Origin: Balanoglossus misakiensis
Lineage: Eukaryota > Animalia > Hemichordata
Reading direction: 5' to 3'
Length of the DNA stretch: 64,000 nucleotides
Assembly (NCBI GenBank): GCA_040954595.2
Contig: CM082582.2
Location: 3,270,303 to 3,334,302, forward strand
Made by a program: the position numbers and the translations under genes. The notes under the pieces were generated by a model. The model saw only the letters and a program-made list of their open reading frames with translations, ran no database searches and was not told where the DNA came from. Position 1 is the stretch's first letter, and every line of letters begins with the position of its first letter. Shown piece after piece: positions 23,140 through 32,411 of this stretch.

Positions 23140-24416
23140 GTATTGTTCGGCGCTGTCTGCTCGCCATTTGTTTTGAATTCGGTGATCACAACACATTTGG
23201 AAAACAACGCAGTTCAGTTTCGTGTTGCTGAACATTTGAAATCTAATGTTTACGTCGATAACGTGTTGGACGGAGTTGACACTATTTAAGACGCCGTGAA
23301 ATACTACAATGAGGTCAACGAACTGATGACCTCAGGTGGTTTCAAACTGAGAGCTTGGTCATCCAAATGCCAACAAATCAACGATATCGCCAAACGCGAC
23401 AATCTAGATGAACGCTCAGAGAATGTGTCAGTTTTGGGAATGCAGTGGTTGACAAAATCTGACGAGTTGACCTTCCCCGAAGCGAGTGAACCTCCGATAC
23501 TCTCAGAATTCGAACTGGTGACTAAACGTGACATTGCCGGTTTCACATTGAAACTGTTCGACCCTATCGGATATCTGGCACCAGTACTTGTAAAAGCGAA
23601 ACTATATAATCAATTTACTGTGGAAACTAGACGTAGATTGGGATGAACCGATTAACGCAGATTTGTGCGCGCGTTGGTTACACATTTCCCAAGATTTGAA
23701 CGACGCGCGACGGCCATATTTCGAGAAATCTGTTGCTCACAACGAGCTTGAGTTACACGCCTTTGTCGACGCTAGTCAAAAGGCGTACGGAGCAGTGATA
23801 TACCTGAAACGCGGTCAAGATACTTCATTTGTGATGGCAATGACCAAACTCGCGCCTATGACTGAGACAACTCTCCCGCGATAGGAATTGTTGGCCGCGC
23901 TGATAGCTATTCGTCTCAGCAAATACGCTATGGAAACCCTGTCGACTAGATTTAACATTGTAAAGTGTTACTTATGGTGTGACAGTCAAATTGTCCTTCA
24001 CTGGGTAAATAGTGACAAGAAGTTGTCAGTCTTTGTCAGAAACCGCGTAAACGAAATTAGCGAATTTGAGGCCGTCAGGAAATACTGCCCGACGGGAGAC
24101 AATCCCGCCGACCTATTAACCAGAAGGATTACTTACGAGAACTTAGAACAGTCTGAGTTATGGTGGAGCGGGCCCGAATGGTTGAAATCGACAAAACAAT
24201 GGCTTAGTTCCGTGTTCGATACACACGTGCTACATTCCGCGATCGTACCAAACGGATCCGACATGGTACACTCTCTTGAACAAACCGGACTTGACATACC
24301 CGGCGCAAACTCCGAGATTCTGCGTCCACTCAGGGACACGCCCACCTTTACTGATCGTGAAGCGGAAGTTACGGACTCTAATGATCGCAGTGAATTCGGA
24401 ATTTTGAATGCTATAA
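23140..24416 (+). mobile_element. Decayed BEL/Pao LTR-retrotransposon pol fragment (RT C-terminus, Pao peptidase A17 region, RNase H)
   Basis: Motifs FGAVCSPF, YVDN, GGFKLRAWSS, TKR..LFDPIGYLAPV, LHAFVDASQKAYGAVIYL, TLPR*EL, WCDSQIVLHW, CPTGDNPADLLTR, LWWSGPEWL; in-frame stops and frameshifts; ends before the integrase. Confidence 0.93.
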
Positions 24417-24702
24417 TATTTAAAGCCTTATAACTCCGCTCTAGAATATGCCTATTGTTATAGGAGTGGGTCCGGGTTTTATGTTATGTTATGCGAAACT
24501 CCCTGCTTTATGGATGCACAACTTTTCCTACTTCCCACCCAATCCTTCAATACCCATACACACCCACTCCTACACCCATAATATATATGAAAGCACGTGT
24601 CAATTTTAAAATATGAACTTTATTCTTGCTACGATTATGTACAGAAATCAAGCCCCATACATCTGTAAATTAGGTTATTGTGCCATTAAGGAGCGGACTG
24701 GT

Positions 24703-25962
24703 TTAGAATGCCATAGTGAAGTCTGTTAGATCATTCGCCTGTTCGTAGTTTCGCGTCAGGATCTCTCCTGCATCAGTCACCTCTTTTAACTTCTGGGCTG
24801 GTCCTTGGGCCGCTGACACAGAAGATAGTTTGGTGTAATGATTGGCTGTATCTTCTGAACGCCAACCTATGTGACGCATAAGCTCACTCAACTCCACCCC
24901 CGCCAAGGATAATGTGATCGCACATGCGCTTCTGAGACTGTGTGGTGTTTCCCCTCTATCCAGGTTTAGCTCCTGTAGGTACAATTTGAGGCGACTGTAC
25001 GCTGTTTGGGATGATAGAGGGCGTTGCTCGACTTCACCGCTCGGGGTTGTTGGCCGAAATAGATGACCTCTGCGCAAGTTTACCCCAATCCTTTCCGCCA
25101 ATGTGATGTATTGTTCTACAGCGTGTACTGGGCAAATATCCACATCTTTACATCGTTTAAGGGCAAACATATTTGAAGATGCGCCTCTCAAAGTTTTTCC
25201 ATAGGTGTGATTGAAAATGACGCCGGAGTTGTCTGGAAAACGTAGAATTTCTTGTGTTTTTACATGCCCCAGATCACCCGCCCTGTCGCCGGAAAATGCA
25301 AGTAGTTTAAAGAACGCTAAATCCCTGGCCAGTATGTAAATTTGGGTGAGCGATCTTGCTACATCTACCTTACTTAATACGTGGTTGAATATACGTTTCA
25401 TTTTTTCTAGAAACAGTGGTTTAGCTTGTCTAGGGGTAATATCTGCTCTGGCTTGTTCTTCCGATATTTTTTTTACGTACCTAAGTACCATCGTGGATTT
25501 TGCCGGGTTTGCATTATTCGACACTGAGTTGAAACAGACGCCAAGTTTTGAAACCATGTTTTTTATTGTACTTGATTTCAGTCGTCTGGGGCAATGACAC
25601 GGCATTGTGCCTGTCCTTCCATAAAAGTCACAAGTATCAACGTGTATTTGCGTTTTAGCGTCTTTATCCTTGTATATTAGGAATCTGACGACATCCTCAG
25701 GTTTTGCCGTTATGGAATTGGTAGTTGGTGATGTAGCGGCTAGAAACTGCTCGAACTGCTGTATGAGTCTGTCTTTCTGTATTTCGTATAGTGATCTTTG
25801 ACCGAGAACCTCATGCATGCGTCGGTTTATAGCCTGGATATCCGGCGGACTACCCTTCTTGTGACCCGTGTGTGGGGTTGTGAGAGAGACTAGGGTAGTA
25901 GAACATACATCACATTCAGTATTGGTGGTCTTGCTTGTAGTGCCACATATATAGCATATCAT
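24703..25962 (-). CDS. Tyrosine recombinase with N-terminal Cys2-Cys2 zinc ribbon and ALOG domain
   Basis: ORF 24703-26061; likely true start or splice entry at ATG 25962 (MICYICG..CDVC). ALOG-like KTQIHVDTCDFYG...PCHCPRRL...NPAKS..V.RY...EEQARA. Catalytic residues R (GDRAGDL), K (GKT), HSLR, HIGW and Y (NHYT) are intact. Confidence 0.92.
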   Translation of the reverse strand: MICYICGTTSKTTNTECDVCSTTLVSLTTPHTGHKKGSPPDIQAINRRMHEVLGQRSLYEIQKDRLIQQFEQFLAATSPTTNSITAKPEDVVRFLIYKDKDAKTQIHVDTCDFYGRTGTMPCHCPRRLKSSTIKNMVSKLGVCFNSVSNNANPAKSTMVLRYVKKISEEQARADITPRQAKPLFLEKMKRIFNHVLSKVDVARSLTQIYILARDLAFFKLLAFSGDRAGDLGHVKTQEILRFPDNSGVIFNHTYGKTLRGASSNMFALKRCKDVDICPVHAVEQYITLAERIGVNLRRGHLFRPTTPSGEVEQRPLSSQTAYSRLKLYLQELNLDRGETPHSLRSACAITLSLAGVELSELMRHIGWRSEDTANHYTKLSSVSAAQGPAQKLKEVTDAGEILTRNYEQANDLTDFTMAF

Positions 25963-26077
25963 CTGATGGGAGACAAAGGAAATACTATTGTAGTTTAGAT
26001 GCGATATTGAGCCTAATATTGTCACATATGGATGCCATTGTGTCGAAATGTATTTGTACATTATAATTACTGGGAAT

Positions 26078-28258
26078 TTAAGTGCTGGGTTTGAAAATCA
26101 CTGCATATAAATCGCAGCGAAGTAGAAATTCATTGTAACCATTTCGCGATGGCGCTTGAATGACCCCTTCTTCTCCCTTTTTACCAATTAGATTCGTGTG
26201 TGTTGCTTTTTGACGTATCAGTGGCCAGAACGGCTCCAAGAAGCGCCCTCTTGGGACTATGACTGTGGCTGTATACCGTTTATCTACGATGTGTCGGAGG
26301 ACCGCATGCACCAATGGAAATGGCGGGTAGATATATAAGGTTTCCTGCCTAGAAAATGTGTGCTGGAAAAAGTTGACACCTTCACTTCTGGTTTGCTGAA
26401 ATGGGGAGACGAACCGTGTTAGTTTTGCATTTGAGCTGTTTGCCATTGCATCAACGTGGTGTGGGCCAAATTTCTCTTCCAGTAATTGCCACGCACGTGG
26501 AGACAGACTTGAATTCTTTAGTGAGATATCGCGAGATGCTCCATCAGCTTCGTTTTCTGCGGATCTGACATGTATTAGCTTCAGTGTGACGTTGTTGTCC
26601 ACGCAAAAACGAAATATTTTCCTGATAATTTCGTTGAGGGCGTTCGATTTGGTGCCTGGGACTCCATTTGACCATACTTGGACCAGTGTCATAGAATCCA
26701 CGTGTACATCGAGCCGCGTGTTCTTAACAGATCCCTGGAATGCGATCAGTGCTCGAGACAGCGCTTCCGCCTCCTTCAGGACGATTGGGTTTTGTCTCCA
26801 TACTGTCTCCCACATATCACTGACAGTGGTATCCGTGGCTTCTGTGTCCGATCTATGTAATACAGCACTCCATTTGTAAGAACTGGCGTCTGTAGACATG
26901 GTTACCCGGACATGGTTTTCAGTTGGCCAATGGAATGTCCTTGGGGTTGTGACCACTTGTACCCACTCTTGCAATTCTTCTCTGAGTGGGCCTTTGATTG
27001 GCACCATGTACTTTGCCTGTTTATTGGCGGCAGCAATTGAGCGTGCCATCTGACGGATATATAGACGAGCACACGGGATAGCAAGGGAGAACGAGACACA
27101 CTTTCCCATGATCCTTTGTAGGGATGATAATGGAGCGATACGACCGTCCAATACTTGGTTAACTAGCGTTATAAAAGTATGCCTCTTCTCGTCGGGTATT
27201 GAGAATGCGTTGGCTACTGTGTCGACGGTCATACCCAGCATAATTAGAGACTGTGTTGGTCTGAGGACGCTCTTTTCTAAAGATATAAAATATCCCGCAT
27301 CTATACATAACTTGATTAATATATAGGCCGCAGCTTCAGTGAGTTGGTACCTGGTCCATTCGTTGTCGGTAGTTGCTTGTGGTAAGCATAGTGCGCCCAC
27401 ATGTCTGTCGTCGATGTACTGTATACATGGTACGCCAAAAGACCTCGCACAGCTGGTAATACAGTATCCCACGTTCTGGTATATGAAGGCGGATAATTTC
27501 CATCCAAACGGTAGAGTGTTGTTCACATACCAGGATCCCGCCCACTGGAAACCAACGTAACGTCTTTCGTCCTCTGCCAGTAGGATGTGATCGTATCCGC
27601 TCTTGTCATCGCATTTTATTTGATAATCACACGATTGCAGGTATTTTGAAACTTCTATCAGCTTATCCAATTTAAAAGGCATGTCCTTCATCCAAAGGTT
27701 GAGAAATCTCATATCGATACATAGACGGGGCTTTTGGGGTTCAATTGTGATGGGCATAACTATATGAGGGGGAGGGGCACACCCTACTCTGCCCCACACC
27801 GAAATGGCTCCAGACTTGATTCTATCTTGCAGGGTATTAGCAATAAATTCTCCAAATTTACTACAATTCGGGTTGTTGTAAAATAACTTGTGAGGGGGTG
27901 TATCGTGATCGTATTCGACTCCTTTAAATTGTCCCGAAAAGTGACGAGTGTAATCCGAGATTTTGACCTTCTCCCGCAACCAGGACATAACTAAGTCTTT
28001 GTTGTCTAGCCCATTTGTGATGCAATCCCATTCTTGAAGATGTTGATGGACTTCACCAGCCTTAAATTCCGCTGCATTTCTATAATTTAACTCTTGGGGG
28101 TGGGACAGGGTTCTTCCAAAGGCGACCTCTTCGACAGCTGGATTCCCTCCCATCACTTCCTGTCTGGGGGCGCCCTCCCATGATACCCATGAATACGAGA
28201 CACGTCCACCACTTGCTTGATGAACGGGGTAGTTCAGTTCCCACTGTGGGGTCAAAAA
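26078..28258 (-). CDS. DIRS-type Pol: reverse transcriptase, RNase H and Dam-like N6-adenine methyltransferase domain
   Basis: KPRLCIDMRFLN, DDKSGYDH, LPFGW, YIDD (RT); TDASSYKW, KEAEAL, VHVDS, HVRSAENEADGASR (RNase H); VDAMANSSNAKL, YIYPPFPLV (MTase-like). The open frame begins directly after a strong acceptor at 28260-28259. Confidence 0.95.
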   Translation of the reverse strand, partial: FLTPQWELNYPVHQASGGRVSYSWVSWEGAPRQEVMGGNPAVEEVAFGRTLSHPQELNYRNAAEFKAGEVHQHLQEWDCITNGLDNKDLVMSWLREKVKISDYTRHFSGQFKGVEYDHDTPPHKLFYNNPNCSKFGEFIANTLQDRIKSGAISVWGRVGCAPPPHIVMPITIEPQKPRLCIDMRFLNLWMKDMPFKLDKLIEVSKYLQSCDYQIKCDDKSGYDHILLAEDERRYVGFQWAGSWYVNNTLPFGWKLSAFIYQNVGYCITSCARSFGVPCIQYIDDRHVGALCLPQATTDNEWTRYQLTEAAAYILIKLCIDAGYFISLEKSVLRPTQSLIMLGMTVDTVANAFSIPDEKRHTFITLVNQVLDGRIAPLSSLQRIMGKCVSFSLAIPCARLYIRQMARSIAAANKQAKYMVPIKGPLREELQEWVQVVTTPRTFHWPTENHVRVTMSTDASSYKWSAVLHRSDTEATDTTVSDMWETVWRQNPIVLKEAEALSRALIAFQGSVKNTRLDVHVDSMTLVQVWSNGVPGTKSNALNEIIRKIFRFCVDNNVTLKLIHVRSAENEADGASRDISLKNSSLSPRAWQLLEEKFGPHHVDAMANSSNAKLTRFVSPFQQTRSEGVNFFQHTFSRQETLYIYPPFPLVHAVLRHIVDKRYTATVIVPRGRFLEPFWPLIRQKATHTNLIGKKGEEGVIQAPSRNGYNEFLLRCDLYAVIFKPST

Positions 28259-28541
28259 CTGAAACAAAAGGAAAACAGCAAAGCTTAGGACACTTTTTTT
28301 TTTTTTTTTTTTTTTTTGAGGGCGACCCCCCAGACAGGACCCTGCGAAGGCAGGTTGCTTTTAAAGGCATAGGGCTGTTATTGTTAGCCCCCCTGTCCGA
28401 AGGGAAAGGAAAATAAACTACACAAACACTGAGATTACAGAGTCATATTATTTATTTTATTTTATTTATTTTTTTTTTTTTTTTTTTTTTGAATATTTCA
28501 ATGCATCATCGGAAAAGTTATACGATTATTAGTACAATACA

Positions 28542-29072
28542 TTATTTTTTGTCGGGGCAGTCCCTCGCAATGTGCCCCAACTTCGCACATACAAAGCATT
28601 TAATTCCGGATTGCCCAGCCGAATTTCTTGGTTGCTCTCTTCTATAGTAGGGAGAATACGGTGTGCGGGTATATGATGTACGAAGTGGATAGGGCATATA
28701 TCGTCGCGATTCATATTGAGAGAACTGATTAGATGAGCCAGAGTGTTTCATAAACTTGTACACTTTTGAAGCTATTTCTTCCTCTTCTTTATTTCCCAAT
28801 AATAGAAAAATTAATCTCCCCGCATCTTCCCCGAAATCGGTAGATTCAAACTGGGAGAGCACCGCTCGAAAACGATGCAATTTTGGATGTGCGGTGGCTG
28901 TCGCTCTGTCGACCAGTGCCCTCAAAGCATTAAGTAGTTGGGTTCGGGATACGACTGCTGGATTGTGGGCCATATCCATTAGCTTTTGTAAAGCCTCTTC
29001 GACAGATGCTGTCCCAGCATTCTTTTCCTATAAGAGTAGTTTCTGTTTCAGCTCCAATAGCTGTTCCTTCAC
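28542..29072 (-). CDS. Gag-like protein, exon 2, with C-terminal CCHC zinc knuckle
   Basis: CFVCAKLGHIARDC knuckle at the C-terminus. The frame extends upstream to an acceptor at 29074-29073 (VKEQLLELKQKLLL*EKNAGTASVEEALQKLMDMAH) with one in-frame TAG at 29030-29028. Confidence 0.85.
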
Positions 29073-29292
29073 CTACAATACAAACACCGTTTTGTAATGA
29101 GTACATCACAGTAACACTAACGCCCATGTACAAAGGTTAACATTATTTTGAATCAATTCTCCTTCCTTTCAGAGCCTCGTACCTTCATTTCATTATGAGC
29201 CTCATTGCTTCATTATTGTTATTTTTTATACAAATACATTTTTTTAACAATCTCGTTGCTAGGTTTCATAATCAAAGCCTCGCTGCTTTAAA

Positions 29293-29620
29293 TTCATAAC
29301 CGAGCTTCACTGCTCTATTTCAATAACCGAGCTTCGCTGCTCTAATTCAATAACCGAGCTTCACTGCTCTATTTCAATAACCGAGCTCCCCTGCTCTATT
29401 TCAATAACCGAGCTTCACTGCTCTATTTCAATAACCGAGCTCCACTCTCTAATTCAATAACCGAGCTTCACTGCTCTATTTCAATAACCGAGCTCCACTG
29501 CTCTATTTCAATAACCGAGCTTCACTGCTCTATTTCGATAACCGAGCTTCACTGCTCTATTTCAATAACCGAGCTTCACTGCTCTATTTCAAAACCGAGC
29601 CCCAATGCTCTATTTCATAA
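29293..29620. repeat. 27-bp minisatellite (~12 copies) inside the retrotransposon
   Basis: Unit TTCAATAACCGAGCTTCACTGCTCTAT; TAACCGAGC spaced 27 nt apart (29297, 29324, 29351, 29378, 29405...). Confidence 0.95.
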
Positions 29621-29889
29621 AACTGGGCCGCATTGTTCTATCGAAAATGTACAGGCACCTGGCAGTGGGGCCATGTCACGGTTTTCCACTCCATGCATAT
29701 TCAATGAGGATACAAACATTCACATTGGGGGCAGGTGACATGCAGGAATTCAACAGGTGTACGCTGTAGTATAATGGGCGTCGAGAAAACCCGTTAACAA
29801 AGTAATGGGGCATGCCGAATGAAACGTACAAATCTAGACATCGGAATGAACAATAAATAAGGTGTACACGAGAAAGGATTTATATGTAC

Positions 29890-30138
29890 CTCATTATCTG
29901 CGGTCGTTTGAGCGTTCCCTTGACGACTCGGACCCGGAACTTGAATATCTGGTCGGCTCGTCGCCCTTTGCTGAGTTGGCTGAGTTGGCTGAGATTGGGA
30001 GCCGGCATTACTACTTTGGCTGGTAGAAGGCCTGTGTGCAGCTAGGAACGCTGCAACAGCTTGGGTTGCACTCGGCTGTGCCTCTTCTGTGCCCGGTGGT
30101 GGTGGTGGCGGGCTTACCCGTACAGGTGGTTGAGCCAT
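29890..30138 (-). CDS. Putative 83-codon leader exon (Pro/Ser/Gln-rich) of the retrotransposon
   Basis: ATG 30138; MAQPPVRVSPPPPPPG...QTTADNE, then GAG|GTACAT donor in phase 0 at 29889; amino-acid composition changes abruptly after the donor. Confidence 0.7.
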
Positions 30139-30177
30139 CTTCTCTGCTATATGCTGCCTCCGTGGTTAAGGAATGGT

Positions 30178-30247
30178 ACTGAGCCCATGTGCGGATATTC
30201 GCTAACTTTTATACGGGTTCTCATGAATATTCATAATAAATTAGCAT
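30178..30247 (-). promoter_or_regulatory. Putative Pol II core promoter of the retrotransposon
   Basis: Minus-strand TATAAAA at 30213-30207, initiator-like TCAGT at 30182-30178 (~33 nt downstream), ATGAATATTCAT palindrome and octamer-like ATGCTAAT upstream; ATG lies ~40 nt after the initiator. Confidence 0.55.
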
Positions 30248-30330
30248 ATGCGGATATATATCGCGTAGTGATGCGGCTTTAAATAAAGTGTTTAATCGTT
30301 CTCACGGATATAGACCCCACACAGACAGAT

Positions 30331-30570
<240 letters not shown>

Positions 30571-30712
30571 TTTTGTGTTTCTTTTTTGTAACTCTGGATT
30601 TCAATTCATTGAAAATAGTGATCTGAAACTTGGTATTATTCCAAGTTTTCACAATTTTACAGATATTTAATTGAAGCTGGCACCATTTTCACGAATGACG
30701 CTTTACTTCTAG

Positions 30713-32411
30713 GCTGAAGCAGATATGCGGCGCAAGCTAGATCTCATCCAGCAGATCCGAGCCATGGAATCAGTTCACAAGATCAGACACAAGTTTGTGG
30801 ACATGGGTTCAACAACAGGCCATGCACTGCTCAGTGAAATGTCAATAGCAGAGGTGAGTTCAAATTCTGTCAGAATTCAGTTTGAATTCAGTTCTGGAAT
30901 CAGAGTCAAGTGTGAATTCAGTTTTGGAATCAGAGTAAGTTTTGGAATCTCGTCATATTGCTTGAAGGAGATCTGATACAGAATGAGATGGGGGTCTGTT
31001 ATATCCCTTAAGCGTCAGTAGTTCCAACCCAAATAAAACTACTGCAGTTCCAACAGACCCCAGCAGATGACTGATATAGTGAATACTCTTTCGTTTCTTA
31101 ACCACAACAGCTTCGAGAGAGACTGGCTCTTCTCAAAATCGCATCCAAAGAGAGCGAAGCAGAGAAACGAGACGAAATCCTGGCTGTAAAATAAGCCAAA
31201 GATCAGATGCTGATGGAGAAGCTGGAACAGATCTAAAGACATCGATCAGCTGGCGGACAAACATTAGCTCTTAGGTAAATACATTGGGATCAGAACTGAT
31301 GGAAAAGTTGATGAGCCCTACCTGATAGTTTATTCCCATCCTCAGAAAATATTGTGATTTTCTCTGCCCATGAATTACAATGTAACCTAACGGAAGCAAA
31401 CCCTGACTAATCTAGAAAGCCCTCTATACTGAACTTCTTTTCCACATTACATGTTGGGAGAACTCAAGATGAGCAACATTTAAAGATTTAACAATTTAAC
31501 CCCTAGTTCCCTCTTTAGAGGTCTCACCGTACCATAGAAAACAAGGGATTTCGACTGAACCATGGTGGTGAAACGGATCAATATACAGCCGAGGTTTTCA
31601 GTGGTGTTTCCCCATTTCTGGCTTCTACAAGAACAAATCTAGAATTAATGTCTTGCTAGCAATCTGATGTTCATCATTTAAACATCTAATTTAAATCACG
31701 CCTGTACTCGTCTGTCTGCTACAGGTTGGAAGACAAGAGACGAAACAAAGACGTCAAGCCAGAAATCAAAGACGCCAGAGTTCTGGAGATGCAGCGAGAC
31801 TGGAACAGCGGCGCAGAGAAAGAGTCAGCACGGCGCAGAAAATGAAGAACTCACCCACCAAGAAGTCTGCACAGAGGATTCAGAGTCTCACAAAAAAGGT
31901 TAGTGCCCTGTTGTTACTAGCATGTTTTTCAAACATTTTGGTGAAATGCAAATTTGATGTTGCCTGGTAGGACGTTCAAATGTTCATAACCAAGGTCAAG
32001 GTCATTTATATATTCTTTGAATATATGCATGTTGAAATTTTTGTAACTTTGATAAATTTGGTAGTGTAGGTATTTAGTTTTTACAGATCTTACCAAACAC
32101 TGTCAACTGTATTTTCACACTTTTTTCTTTGCTGTGATGATTAACTAGGCTCCTTCAAGAAAATGCTTGAAACGCTAAGCTTATGCAACACATTTCTTAG
32201 CAAGAAACAGTTCGGAAAGAAACTAATAGAATTGTCACTGACATTGACTCATCGTCAACAGAAACAGCTGGAGGCCAGTCGGTGGAGGGAACTGGAAAGG
32301 ACGACAGACAGAGCCGCAGCTCTGCAGGCACAAGGAGGTGTCATGAAGAACAGATCGGCTAACAAACTGGCGTCTTTCAGACAGCTCTCGGCTGGCCAGG
32401 CTGCCTCGTAG
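30713..32411 (+). pseudogene. CFAP99: 5'-truncated, unprocessed pseudogene of a CFAP99-like cilia/flagella-associated protein (last four exons)
   Basis: Exons 30713-30853, 31111-31274, 31725-31898, 32262-32411 splice to RRKLDLIQQIRAME...GHALLSEMSIAE|LRERLALLK, a motif recalled from CFAP99 C-termini. TAA stops at 31192-31194 and 31234-31236, a frameshift near 31797, and no upstream exons. Confidence 0.7.

Larger units (their letters stand above)
24417..30285 (-). mobile_element. Tyrosine-recombinase (DIRS-type) retrotransposon, ALOG-domain lineage, ~5.9 kb
   Basis: Order gag, RT/RNaseH/MTase, YR on the minus strand; bounded by the inverted sequence TATTTAAAGCC (24417-24427) / GGCTTTAAATA (30275-30285), with further imperfect matches inward. 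Confidence 0.92.

Noticed and set aside
25963-26061. N-terminal 33 aa of the YR ORF as given in the ORF track
   Set aside because: This segment contains a polypyrimidine tract and CAG acceptor directly before ATG 25962 and looks intronic; translation from 26061 is not excluded but is less likely.
24703-28267. Bacterial retron or prophage integrase-RT defence system, or contamination
   Set aside because: RT-RNaseH-MTase + CCHC gag + YR is the DIRS retrotransposon complement; it is embedded among spliceosomal-intron genes with eukaryotic promoter and splice signals.
29293-29620. CRISPR-like or iteron-like 27-bp array next to an RT
   Set aside because: No variable spacers; it is a simple minisatellite inside a eukaryotic retrotransposon.
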